A program made the translations under genes and the position numbers. Under the pieces are notes generated by a model. It made no database searches. It was not told where the DNA came from and was given only the letters and a program-made list of their open reading frames with translations. From NCBI RefSeq assembly GCF_003072485.1, contig NZ_CP025989.1:300001-332000 (forward strand): 32,000 nucleotides of DNA, read 5' to 3'. The stretch is from Candidatus Fokinia solitaria. Its GTDB lineage: Bacteria > Pseudomonadota > Alphaproteobacteria > Rickettsiales > Midichloriaceae. Positions 9,027 through 18,515 of this stretch are shown here, one piece after another (position 1 is the stretch's first letter; every line of letters starts with the position of its first letter).

Positions 9027-9962
9027 TCATGGCATTTTACTCAAATATCTTTCCGCATCCAGTGCCGCTATACAGCCGCTTCCTGCAGAAGTGATAGCTT
9101 GTCTATAAATTTTATCCTGTACGTCGCCCGCTGCGAAAACACCGCTTATACTGGTAATAGAAGTACCTGCTTGTGTCTTAATGTATCCATCGCTATCAAG
9201 ATCTATTTTTCCGTGAAAAAGATCTGTATTAGGCTTATGTCCAATTGCAATGAATACACCGTGAATTGGAAGAGTAGAGATAGCACCAGTAATGACATTT
9301 TTGATATTAAGCGCTGTTACAGATTTAGGATTATCATCTCCTATTACTTCATTTACAACATGATTCCAAATGATGTTTATTTTTGGATGAGTGAGTACTC
9401 GCTGCTGCATTGTCATATCGCCTCTAAACGTATCTCTTCTATGTATAATAGTCACTTTCGAAGCATGATTACATAAGTAGAGTGCTTCCTCAAGCGCCGT
9501 ATTACCGCCTCCTACAACAGCTACTTCTCTACCTCTATAAAAGAAGCCGTCGCATGTCGCGCAACCTGAAACTCCATATCCTTTAAATTTATCTTCACTT
9601 GGTAGATGTAGCCATTTAGCAACTGCACCAGTAGCTATGATCAAGGTATCAGCGTGTATCTGTAATTTCTTTTCTGTGACAATTTCAAATGGAGATGTAT
9701 GCAAATTTACTGACGTTGCCGTATCCTCTACTATTTTCACACCTACATTTTGTGCATGCTTTTCCATTTGTTCCATTAGCCATGTACCTTGTACAGGATT
9801 TGGAAAACCGGTGTAGTTCTCTACATCAGTAGTGGTAGTGAGTTGTCCTCCTTTGGCTGAACCAGTGAGTAGTATCGGATCTAAACATGCTCTTGCAGCA
9901 TATATGCCTGCTGTATATCCTGCAGGGCCAGAACCTAGTATTAGTACTTTGCTTTTCATCAT
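9027..9962 (-). CDS. trxB: Thioredoxin reductase
   Basis: FAD-binding 'VLILGSGPAGYTAGIYAARA', redox motif 'CATCDGFFYRGR', NADPH-binding 'VAVVGGGNTALEEALYL', 'GVFAAGDVQDKIYRQAITSAGSGCIAALDAERYL'. Confidence 0.97.
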   Translation of the reverse strand: MMKSKVLILGSGPAGYTAGIYAARACLDPILLTGSAKGGQLTTTTDVENYTGFPNPVQGTWLMEQMEKHAQNVGVKIVEDTATSVNLHTSPFEIVTEKKLQIHADTLIIATGAVAKWLHLPSEDKFKGYGVSGCATCDGFFYRGREVAVVGGGNTALEEALYLCNHASKVTIIHRRDTFRGDMTMQQRVLTHPKINIIWNHVVNEVIGDDNPKSVTALNIKNVITGAISTLPIHGVFIAIGHKPNTDLFHGKIDLDSDGYIKTQAGTSITSISGVFAAGDVQDKIYRQAITSAGSGCIAALDAERYLSKMP

Positions 9963-10118
9963 ATTTATGAGTGCTTAAGAGTAGATTATACTTTAATATT
10001 AGCTGACTCTTGGAGAAAAAAATATGCAAATTACTTTTTACGAGAATTACACTTGCATGGTATACGTGAAAGCTTACAATTCACTATATTAATTCTACAT
10101 CTTTCTATATCCGATAGC

Positions 10119-11318
10119 ATGACAACGTCTGATAGCACAACAACGAATGACGCGATACTTTCTCTTAGTAAGATAATAGAAGAGAATTATAAAGCGAGAG
10201 AAGAAGAGGTGAAGGAACGCTTGTTGAAGTTGATCAAATGTGGCGTCTGTGATGATAAAGGTATTGTGATAATGGCGGTAGATCAGGGATTTGAGCATGG
10301 ACCTGTAAAGTCTTTTGATGTAAATCCTGCTGCATATGATCCGTTGTACCATCTAGACTTAGCCGTGGAGTGTGGACTGAATGGCATTGCGGCACCGTTA
10401 GGATTTATGGAGACAATTTATGGAAGTGATAATTATGAAAAGATTTGTAAAATCTTGAAGTTGAATTCGAATTGTTCTGCTATTCACGAGGGTGAGCATA
10501 GTCAAGCGTTATTAAGTACTCCGGAAGATGCTGTGAGATTAGGATGTGATGGTATTGGAATGACGATATATCCTGGTACAGGTAAAAGCAACGTTCGAAT
10601 GATGGAGCGCGCATCGCGGATGATCGCAGAAGCGAGGGAACGCGGATTGTTCTCAGTTATATGGTCTTATCCGCGTGGAGATGGTGTGAAGGGAGAAGAG
10701 CAGAGTGTTGATAATATATCGTATGCGGTGCATATCGCGTGTATGCTTGGCGCTGATATAGTGAAGGTGAAAATGCCTAAAATTCATGATATGGATAGTA
10801 TAGCACGCGAAATTTCTAAGTATTTTACCGATGGTGAGCGATGGTATGATAATGAATACAGCAAGAAGATGCATGGCTTGGATGACTATAGTTGTATCGC
10901 TTTGGCGATTAATTATCTCGAGCAGCTTCGCAAGCATTCTGTTGCGTTGAACAGTACACAAGAGCAAAATAGAATAAAAGTGCTGCAGGATGGGCTATCT
11001 AATTATTTTGAGCAGTTGAAAAATAAGAAGATTATAAGCATAGAAAAAGTGATGCAAGCCGCTTTTGATAGTAGAAGGATTGTGATATTTTCAGGTGGTG
11101 AAACGAAAGCGATAGGAGAAGTTGAAAGAGATATTATGTATGCGATAGATGGAGGTGGTAATGGCTCTATAATAGGAAGAAATGTATTTCAAAGACCGAG
11201 AGAAGAAGCTATAACGCTACTTAATGATATTACAGGACTGTATCGTATGAGAGATGAGTCACTACTTACTTCCTTGCTGCGCCTGGAGAATGCAAAACTG
11301 AAAAATACTGCAGCTTAG
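10119..11318 (+). CDS. fbaB: Class I fructose-bisphosphate aldolase (FbaB/DhnA type)
   Basis: 'MAVDQGFEHGPVKSFDVNPAAYDPLYHLDLAVECGLNGIAAPLGF', 'GIGMTIYPGTGKSNVRMMERASRMIAEARERGLFSVIWSYPRG', 'ADIVKVKMPK', 'IFSGGETKA', 'IDGGGNGSIIGRNVFQR'. The start is placed at ATG 10119 instead of 10053. Confidence 0.93.
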   Translation: MTTSDSTTTNDAILSLSKIIEENYKAREEEVKERLLKLIKCGVCDDKGIVIMAVDQGFEHGPVKSFDVNPAAYDPLYHLDLAVECGLNGIAAPLGFMETIYGSDNYEKICKILKLNSNCSAIHEGEHSQALLSTPEDAVRLGCDGIGMTIYPGTGKSNVRMMERASRMIAEARERGLFSVIWSYPRGDGVKGEEQSVDNISYAVHIACMLGADIVKVKMPKIHDMDSIAREISKYFTDGERWYDNEYSKKMHGLDDYSCIALAINYLEQLRKHSVALNSTQEQNRIKVLQDGLSNYFEQLKNKKIISIEKVMQAAFDSRRIVIFSGGETKAIGEVERDIMYAIDGGGNGSIIGRNVFQRPREEAITLLNDITGLYRMRDESLLTSLLRLENAKLKNTAA

Positions 11319-11472
11319 CAATTTGAGATAGAAAGTGATGTAAGTATTATTGCATTTTGTTCTACGATAGCAGCGCGCGATACTGAGGCGTTACACCTGT
11401 CGCAGTGATGTATAGTTCGTTATATATAATGCGATAATAGTCTGATGAAACTGCTTCAAGATAAATGTGAGT

Positions 11473-11950
11473 AAAGCGGATGAATTTTATAATGATGTAG
11501 CTGTTATTTAAGTAGCACGATCAAAGGGCGTTGTGAATAGCGCTATTATTAAGCATTCTACCGATAGAGGATATCGTTATTTTTATGAAGACTAAAAAGC
11601 ACTCTACAAGCAGGATGTGATGATGAAATCATTAAGCGACATGATAAAAAAGCTTGCACAGTAACAACGCGCCGAAAAAGCTTGCACAGTAATAATGTGC
11701 CGAAAAAGTTTGTGAGGTAGCTACGTGATGATGAAGTTGTTAGACGTGAAGTGGTGTAGAACAACGCGGCGAAAAGCAGATGAATTTTATAACATAGTCA
11801 ATGCAAACAGCAACATGCCGAAAAAGTTTGTACAGTAACAACGCGCCGAAAAGGCTTGCGAAGCAGCGATGTGATGATGAAGTTTATGAAGTAGCTACGT
11901 GATGATGAAGTTGTTAGACGTGAAGCTGCGCAAAGCAACGCACTGAAAAA
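11473..11950. repeat. Degenerate repeat region with a ~28-bp tandem unit (core 11647-11950)
   Basis: Units start at 11647, 11675 and 11703 (aaaaagcttgcacagtaacaacgcgccg and variants), 11821, 11849, 11877 and 11905. An exact 35-mer gtagctacgtgatgatgaagttgttagacgtgaag occurs at 11717-11751 and 11891-11925. aaagcRgatgaattttataa occurs at ~11473 and ~11773. Confidence 0.8.
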
Positions 11951-12482
11951 TAATTGTGATTTTTAACAGTTCTATATTATTACCGTTTTTCTCATACTCT
12001 GATAATTATTAGTAAATAAATATCATATATGTCCAAAGCTTCTATTTAGAGAATTTAGCATTTTTCAAGATGAAAAATTACTCTCCATCTTTGAATATTC
12101 TTTGTTTTTTACATAATGCTTCGCTAAAAAAAACGCATAATATCGATTTCTTTCGCTTTGGTAAATTCTATGGTACGGAATGTAGTGCTTCTTCTAGTAA
12201 CGAGTCATACTTCTTAATCCATTGGCATTTTGAAAGTCTCCTTAAGAAAGGCTTTTACCATCTTCTCGCGTGAACATTTTGAGAATTTTTCTAAGAAAAG
12301 CTCTCATCCATCTTCCTGCTAAGTAAGCAATTATTGGTTAGAAGAAGATATATTTAGAGTAAATCAAAAACATTCGTTTTCATTATCAAAAAAAAAGATT
12401 TTTTTACCGAGAAAATGCGACGAAGTAGCGAATATCTAAATGCTTAATTTACGAGAGAATTTATAAGATTACACCACTCGTT

Positions 12483-12518
12483 GAGGAAAAAATGTGGTGG
12501 AGAAGCTCTCTCCACCAC
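12483..12518 (-). terminator. Rho-independent terminator of groEL
   Basis: Perfect 10-bp inverted repeat GTGGTGGAGA (12494-12503) / TCTCCACCAC (12509-12518) with a 5-nt loop. On the minus strand it is followed by CATTTTTTCC. Confidence 0.88.
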
Positions 12519-12534
12519 TCTACAGGATAGTATA

Positions 12535-14163
12535 CTAATACATATCATCTCCATAATGAGGAGCTGCACCTGCATTATTTTGTGCTTTTTTATCTTCTAC
12601 TTTAGTAATAATGGCATTAGAAGCGAGCAACGTAGAAACTACAGAAACTACGTTTTTCAATACTTCTTCTGCAACACTTGCAGGATCTAATATACCATCT
12701 TTCCAAGCATCTACATATTGCTTTGTTAAAACGTTATACACCATATTCTTATCGCTAGATTCTAAGAGTTTATGAATGATAATAGCGGATTCTTCACCGC
12801 CATTTTCGATAATAATTCTAGCTGGTCTAGACAATGCGCGACTTAAAGCCTGTTTTCCTGCATTTTCTGCCTCTGTCAAGCCAGTCATCTTATCTAATTC
12901 CTTGCTTATCATCAGAAGAAGCTTACCTCCACCTGGTACAACTCCACCTTTAATTGCAGCTTTTACCGCATTTATAGCATCTTCAAATCTATCTTTACGT
13001 TCTCCAGCCTCTGCCTCACTTACTCCTCCGACTCTAATAATTGCTACACCGCCCTTAAGTTTAGCCAATCTTTCTCTAAGTTTTTCTTTATCATAGTCAG
13101 ATTTTGAAAGAGAGATCTCTTCTTGAATGACATTAGCTCTTGCTTCGATTTTAGATTGAAACTTTCCTTTATTCGCTACAATTGTAGTATCATTTGCTGT
13201 TACGAGTATCTTTTCTGCAGAACCAAGATGATCTACGGTAGCTTCTTCTAGTTTCATACCTAATTCTTCTGTGATGACTGTAGCGCCAGTGATTACAGCT
13301 ATATCTTCCATTACTGCCTTTCTTCTATCGCCAAAACCTGGCGCTTTGACAGGTACTACTTTAAGACTACCTCTCATTTTATTTACCAGCAACATCGTGA
13401 TAACGTCATTATCAAAATCTTCTGCAATTAACATGAGTGGCTTCCCAGATTTAGCAACAACATTCAAAATATTCACGAGATCGGTAGCGTTACTAACTTT
13501 TTTATCAACGAGTAAGACAGATACATCAGAGTATTCTACTTCTCTTCCACTTGTGATGAAATAAGGAGAAACGTATCCTCTGTCAAATTGCATACCGTGT
13601 TTTACTTCGAGAGTGCTTTCCATACTTTTTGATTGTTCTACAATCACGACACCGTCTTCTCCGACCTCTTGGTACGCATCTCTCACTAATTTACCAGCAT
13701 CTTGATCGTTATTTGCTGAGATTGTCGCTACATGTACTACTTCATCAGAATTAAATTTGATGTCTTTTTTCATTTTATGTACCACTTTTATAGCTTCTTC
13801 TTTAGCCTTTTGCATACCAGAGATGATTTCATTGAATGGTATACCGAAAGCTCTCATTCTGAAGCATTCTTTTAGCAATGCTCCTGCAACTGCTATAGTA
13901 GTTGTAGTACCATCTCCTACCTTGTCATTTGTTTGAGAAGCAGCTTCCTGTACTACTTTTACTGCCATGCTTTCTACCTTATCCTCTGGATCTACTTCTT
14001 TTGCTACTGTCACTCCATCCTTTGTAACTTTAGGAGCGCCGTATGAACGTTCAATTATTACCACATTACCCTTAGGGCCAAATGTAGTTTCGACTGCACT
14101 AACGAGTTTTTCCACTCCGTTTAGCACTTTAGTACCTATATCGAAAGATGTTTTAGTTGCCAT
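12535..14163 (-). CDS. groL: 60 kDa chaperonin GroEL
   Basis: Full-length GroEL with 'TFGPKGNVVIIERSYGAPKVTKDGVTVAKEV', 'NDKVGDGTTTTIAVAGALLKE', 'APGFGDRRKAVMEDIAVITG', 'GGVAIIRVGGVSEAEAGERKDRFEDA'. Confidence 0.99.
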   Translation of the reverse strand: MATKTSFDIGTKVLNGVEKLVSAVETTFGPKGNVVIIERSYGAPKVTKDGVTVAKEVDPEDKVESMAVKVVQEAASQTNDKVGDGTTTTIAVAGALLKECFRMRAFGIPFNEIISGMQKAKEEAIKVVHKMKKDIKFNSDEVVHVATISANNDQDAGKLVRDAYQEVGEDGVVIVEQSKSMESTLEVKHGMQFDRGYVSPYFITSGREVEYSDVSVLLVDKKVSNATDLVNILNVVAKSGKPLMLIAEDFDNDVITMLLVNKMRGSLKVVPVKAPGFGDRRKAVMEDIAVITGATVITEELGMKLEEATVDHLGSAEKILVTANDTTIVANKGKFQSKIEARANVIQEEISLSKSDYDKEKLRERLAKLKGGVAIIRVGGVSEAEAGERKDRFEDAINAVKAAIKGGVVPGGGKLLLMISKELDKMTGLTEAENAGKQALSRALSRPARIIIENGGEESAIIIHKLLESSDKNMVYNVLTKQYVDAWKDGILDPASVAEEVLKNVVSVVSTLLASNAIITKVEDKKAQNNAGAAPHYGDDMY

Positions 14164-14213
14164 CGTATGATAAAATTAGTGAATTAATAAAAAATATAAC
14201 TGTAAAAGTGCGA

Positions 14214-14510
14214 TTATTTCGAAATTTTAGCCAAAATATCGCTCTCTGATAAGATTACTAGACCTGAATCTTTTTCTATTTCTGTACCTGCCCACTTTGT
14301 ATATATCACTATATCACCAGCTTTCAGATCTATAGGGGAAGAATGCTCATTTGCACTTTTATGTACAGGTTTTCCAACAGATATCACCTCACCCCTTGTA
14401 GGTTTTTCTTTCATGTTATCAGGAATGATGATGCCCTCTGATTTTTCCTCGGTTATTCTCTTAATGAGAATTTTACCGGAATAAGGCGTTATGTTCTCTT
14501 TCATATTCAT
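14214..14510 (-). CDS. groS: 10 kDa co-chaperonin GroES
   Basis: 'ITPYSGKILIKRITEEKSEGIIIPDNMKEKPTRGEVISVGKP...LKAGDIVIYTKWAGTEIEKDSGLVILSESDILAKI', immediately upstream of groL on the same strand. Confidence 0.97.
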   Translation of the reverse strand: MNMKENITPYSGKILIKRITEEKSEGIIIPDNMKEKPTRGEVISVGKPVHKSANEHSSPIDLKAGDIVIYTKWAGTEIEKDSGLVILSESDILAKISK

Positions 14511-14580
14511 TTAATAGAAAATAAATCAAATTAAATCGCGTAGATATTGAAAACAACAGTTCGCAATTATCCACAAGGAT

Positions 14581-14608
14581 ATATAGTGATGATTTTGCAC
14601 CTTTCAAG
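14581..14608 (-). promoter_or_regulatory. Candidate RpoH (sigma-32-like) heat-shock promoter for groES-groEL
   Basis: Minus-strand sequence CTTGAAA (14608-14602), 13-nt spacer, CACTATAT (14588-14581). The -35 equals the sigma-32 consensus and the -10 is partial to CCCCATnT. It lies ~70 nt upstream of the groES start. Confidence 0.45.
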
Positions 14609-14625
14609 AGAAAAGTGAAAAGATG

Positions 14626-14814
14626 TTAACTACTCATCTTTTTCTCTTTGAATAGCACGTGCTTTCTAAGGACAGGATCATATTTCTTGCAATCAAGGCT
14701 ATATAGCGACTTTGAATTCTTTTTTCGTACATAGAAGAATCCAGTACTACCTGTGCTAACTAATCTACAAAGCATACTTTTTTTGCTTTTTTTACCTTTT
14801 TTTTTCGCTGCCAT
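14626..14814 (-). CDS. rpmG: 50S ribosomal protein L33
   Basis: 'MLCRLVSTGSTGFFYVRKKNSKS...KKYDPVLRKHVLFKEKK' matches the L33 signature. The N-terminus is Lys-rich. Confidence 0.93.
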   Translation of the reverse strand: MAAKKKGKKSKKSMLCRLVSTGSTGFFYVRKKNSKSLYSLDCKKYDPVLRKHVLFKEKKMSS

Positions 14815-15260
14815 ATTGACTGAAAAATAAATGAAACATGTACCGCAATATTACCAATTTATACTGATATATCTAGACGATTTTACAGTAGTTACAATCT
14901 TATTTGACTTTCTCTTACTTTTAGAAAGTGATGAAATGGATTAATGGTGCTACGGAGTAAAGTAGTAAATTATATTATTTACTATTTTTGAACAAGATGA
15001 AGGAAAAGTTTTTATTCTGTGGATTTTTCTCAGTATTACTGAGTACTTACTATTTAATTCGAGAAGATTTTGAAAGTAGTGATGTAGAGACCAGCGGATA
15101 ACGATCTTTTGAAATGAGTAGTATAGAAATTGTCCAACTGTTGAGCGATTAGCTATATTTTACGATTTTATTTATGGATGTCCGAATCTTTTTATTTCTA
15201 AAGATGTATAGTAGCTTATTATATTGTATGATTTGGTATTATAGTTAAGCGCTTTACTAG

Positions 15261-16175
15261 ATGGCAAATAATATACGGTACACAAAAGCAATGCTTGCTA
15301 TCATATGCGTGCAGTTGCATAAAGCGATTAATAGTGCAATTCATGATAACTTTCAGTTCTTAGAAACAGAATCTATAGAAAGAATGAATGAAATCATTTT
15401 ATTCTTTCAAAAGTTAGAAATTGAAAAAATTGAAAAAATTGAAAATCGTAAAGAAATGACGAACGCTTTTTCAAGTCAATCTCCGGATAACACGGTGATG
15501 GATAAAGTAAATGAGAAAATTGAAGAGAGTGCAATTTCTTCAGATAATAAGCGCACTACAAGCAACGAAATTACAGCATTGCTTGAGAAGATTACAACGG
15601 TTGAATCGTTAAGGGAAATAGTGATGAAATTTGATGGATGTCAGCTAAAAGCAGGAGCAAAGAATACAGTTTTTGCAGATGGTAGTCCGCAATCTTCAAT
15701 CATGATTATTGGAGAAGCACCTGGAGAGAATGAAGATAAGCATGGTATACCATTTTGCGGAGAAAGTGGCGCTTTACTGGAGCATATTCTGAAAAGTGTT
15801 GCACTCAAGAGACAAGATGTATATATCACGAATGCTGTTTTTTATCGCCCTCCAAGTAATAGAAAGCCTACATTAGAAGAAATTGATACGTGTCGTCCTT
15901 TTGTGCAAAAGCATATAGCTTTAGTGAAGCCGCCATTAATACTGTTGATGGGCGCTACTGCCGTTGAATCGATCTTATATTATAAAGGAGCACTTACGCC
16001 GATACATGGCAAAGTGATACCATACGGCAAAAAATATAATGAGTATATTACAGATGATGAGGTGAAAATTAATGCGGTACCGTTATTTCATCCATCTTAT
16101 ATGCTTCGACAATCTCTATCAAAAAAAGTCGTTTGGAATGTATTGCGCAAAATAAAGCTTGAGATACTTAAATAA
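15261..16175 (+). CDS. Family 4 (Fe-S) uracil-DNA glycosylase
   Basis: 'FDGCQLKAGAKNTVFADGSPQSSIMIIGEAPGENEDKHGIPFCGESGALLEHIL' and 'YITNAVFYRPPSNRKPTLEEIDTCRPFVQKHIALVKPPLILLMGATAVESIL...GKVIPYG...AVPLFHPSYMLRQ'. Confidence 0.92.
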   Translation: MANNIRYTKAMLAIICVQLHKAINSAIHDNFQFLETESIERMNEIILFFQKLEIEKIEKIENRKEMTNAFSSQSPDNTVMDKVNEKIEESAISSDNKRTTSNEITALLEKITTVESLREIVMKFDGCQLKAGAKNTVFADGSPQSSIMIIGEAPGENEDKHGIPFCGESGALLEHILKSVALKRQDVYITNAVFYRPPSNRKPTLEEIDTCRPFVQKHIALVKPPLILLMGATAVESILYYKGALTPIHGKVIPYGKKYNEYITDDEVKINAVPLFHPSYMLRQSLSKKVVWNVLRKIKLEILK

Positions 16176-16257
16176 TTAATAAAATATTTTTCGATATTGA
16201 AAAGATATCGATTTTTTGATGGTATAAATCAATGAAGACGATATTTATACAGTACTT

Positions 16258-17526
16258 ATGATAAAAGAAAAAAATAAGATTTTTAAAAATATCGATCTAA
16301 AAGCATCTATTGACATAAAATCCTGCATGCGACGCGGAGATTGGAGCAATATACAGGATATTCTTACAACTTCAGAGCAAGTTATACAAACTGTGAAAGA
16401 ATCAGAAATACGAGGTAGAGGCGGCGCGGGATTCAGTACTGGTATGAAATGGTCATTTATGCCACGTAATGATGCTACATCATACGTCATAGTAAATGCA
16501 GATGAAAGCGAACCAGGCGCATGTAAAGATAGGGCTATTATTCAATATGAGCCGCATAAAATTATAGAAGGCGCTTTAATTGCGGCATTTGCGGTAAAAG
16601 CGCGTACCGTATATATATATATTCGTGGAGAATATGTAAAAGAAGCCGTAATATTGGAAAATGCGATAAAAGAAGCAGAGGAGTATGGCTTATTAGGAAG
16701 TCACTCAAAGCATAAGTATGATGTAGATATCTTTGTGCATCGTGGCGCAGGTGCGTATATTTGCGGAGAAGAAAGCGCTTTACTGAATAGTATAGAAGGG
16801 CGAAAAGGCATGCCGCGTATAAAGCCTCCTGCTTTTCCCGCAGTTTGCGGACTGTATGGCTGTCCAACTATTGTTAATAACGTAGAAACTATTGCTTCTA
16901 TTTCAACGATTATAAGGAGAGGTGCAAATTGGTATAAAAGTATGGGGCGACCAAATAATTATGGTAGCAAGATATTTTCTATATCTGGACATGTTAATAG
17001 TCCATGTAATGTAGAAGAAGAAATGTCAATACCTCTTAAAACGTTGATTAACGAGTACGCTGGAGGAGTAATAGGCGGATGGAATAATTTGCTAGCAGTA
17101 ATACCAGGGGGCTCTTCTACGCCTCTTTTGCATTATAGTGTATGCGATGATGTATTGATGGATTTTGACAGTTTGAAAAATGCAGGAAGTGCACTTGGTA
17201 CTGGCAGTATAATAGTGATGAACAAATCTACGGATGTAATAGAAGCAATAGCTAATATTTCGCGCTTTTATATGCATGAATCATGCGGGCAGTGTACTCC
17301 ATGTAGAGAAGGTACAGGATGGATGTATAGAATTATGCGAAGATTTGTATCTGGAAAAGCGCAGTTGCATGAGATAGATGAATTATATGAGATTACAAAA
17401 CAGATAGAGGGGCATACAATTTGCGCGCTTGGAGACGCGGCAGCATGGCCGATACAAGGCTTGATAAAGAATTTTAAAGATGTTATAGAGAGTAGGATTA
17501 GAGGTACTACTATTGTCGATAAGTAA
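16258..17526 (+). CDS. nuoF: NADH-quinone oxidoreductase subunit F (51 kDa, FMN/NADH/4Fe-4S)
   Basis: '[21 protein letters not shown]', '[13 protein letters not shown]', '[32 protein letters not shown]', 'NNVETIASI', '[19 protein letters not shown]'. Confidence 0.98.
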   Translation: MIKEKNKIFKNIDLKASIDIKSCMRRGDWSNIQDILTTSEQVIQTVKESEIRGRGGAGFSTGMKWSFMPRNDATSYVIVNADESEPGACKDRAIIQYEPHKIIEGALIAAFAVKARTVYIYIRGEYVKEAVILENAIKEAEEYGLLGSHSKHKYDVDIFVHRGAGAYICGEESALLNSIEGRKGMPRIKPPAFPAVCGLYGCPTIVNNVETIASISTIIRRGANWYKSMGRPNNYGSKIFSISGHVNSPCNVEEEMSIPLKTLINEYAGGVIGGWNNLLAVIPGGSSTPLLHYSVCDDVLMDFDSLKNAGSALGTGSIIVMNKSTDVIEAIANISRFYMHESCGQCTPCREGTGWMYRIMRRFVSGKAQLHEIDELYEITKQIEGHTICALGDAAAWPIQGLIKNFKDVIESRIRGTTIVDK

Positions 17527-17528
17527 AG

Positions 17529-18515
17529 ATGCCACAGTTAAAAGCTTTAAAAAATAGACTAAGTGCAGTAATTTCGACACATAAGTTGACGAAAGCAATG
17601 CAGATTATTGCCGCTTCTAGATTTCAGAAATTGAAGAGCATGGTGTTTCATTCTGCAGATTATCTCTCTCATTTTCACGAAGTTATAGATAGTGTCATTG
17701 CATCAAATGATAGTAAGTACGCAAATCTTACAATTAGTGAATTATATAAAGGAAGTGAGCAAATAACTTCGAATATTGCGGTAATAGTACTCTTTTCAGC
17801 AGAGAAGGGATTATGTGGAAAGTTCGATAGTATCGTAATGAAGAAATTAAAATCTGCGTACAGCGATATATTACAGTCGACAGAGGTAGATACTATAAGA
17901 GTTGTATGTTTTGCTAAAAGAGTGATCGAGAATGCGAGACGTATAGGAGGGGAGAAGTTTAAGAATGTGAAAATTGAGTATGTTCTGCATCACGTTAATG
18001 TTGTGAAAGGCTTTGAAACCTTCAGAGATGATATAAGCAATTCTTGTGCTAAGTTTTGCAGCGATGCCAAATTCTTGTATGTAATGTACCCAGCTTTCAT
18101 TACAACAGTTCTGCAATTGCCATGTTTGATAAAATTGTTTCCTTTAGTTGATCAGGATAAAGAAAAATTTAAACAGGGTATATTTAACTTTCTTGATGAG
18201 AATACAGATCGTAATTTATATGATAGAGTAAGGAAAAATAGTGGTATTGCGAAGAAGGTATTCGCATTAGAACCATCATCTAGTATTGAGATATTAAAGA
18301 TGTTGATACCATCTTACTTTATAGCTTTATTTTATAATACTGCTTTAGAGGTATATGTAGGAGAGAATGCATCAAGGATGATTATGATGGACGCAGCTAA
18401 TAGAAATGCTGAAAAAATTCAGAAGAATTTACGTATCCAATATAATAAACATCGCCAAGCTGCGATCACGCAGGAGTTGATAGAATTGGCTTCATCTAGG
18501 AGTGTGCTTAATTAA
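17529..18515 (+). CDS. atpG: F0F1 ATP synthase gamma subunit
   Basis: 'LKALKNRLSAVISTHKLTKAMQIIAASRFQK', 'LFSAEKGLCGKFDSIVMKKL', C-terminal 'ASRMIMMDAANRNAEKIQKNLRIQYNKHRQAAITQELIELASS'. Confidence 0.95.
   Translation: MPQLKALKNRLSAVISTHKLTKAMQIIAASRFQKLKSMVFHSADYLSHFHEVIDSVIASNDSKYANLTISELYKGSEQITSNIAVIVLFSAEKGLCGKFDSIVMKKLKSAYSDILQSTEVDTIRVVCFAKRVIENARRIGGEKFKNVKIEYVLHHVNVVKGFETFRDDISNSCAKFCSDAKFLYVMYPAFITTVLQLPCLIKLFPLVDQDKEKFKQGIFNFLDENTDRNLYDRVRKNSGIAKKVFALEPSSSIEILKMLIPSYFIALFYNTALEVYVGENASRMIMMDAANRNAEKIQKNLRIQYNKHRQAAITQELIELASSRSVLN

Noticed and set aside
8967-9476. 169-aa + strand ORF opposite trxB
   Set aside because: Antisense to a confident thioredoxin reductase, with translation showing no domain features.
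11647-11950. 28-bp repeats resembling a CRISPR array
   Set aside because: The repeats are directly abutting and degenerate, with no unique spacers of constant length and no cas genes in the window.
12070-12273. 67-aa + strand ORF in the fbaB-groEL spacer
   Set aside because: Low-complexity AT-rich sequence with no recognisable domain or good ribosome-binding site. Probably chance.
12776-14170. Several 60-110 aa + strand ORFs antisense to groEL (and similar shadow ORFs across the window, e.g. 3416-3718, 4123-5424, 5977-6602, 7627-8274, 23990-24436)
   Set aside because: Antisense to strongly conserved genes with no protein-family signal. Typical shadow ORFs from codon bias.
14567-14575. Perfect DnaA box as evidence for an origin of replication
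   Set aside because: Single box without a cluster, AT-rich unwinding element context or origin-associated gene neighbourhood. Kept only as a possible regulatory site.
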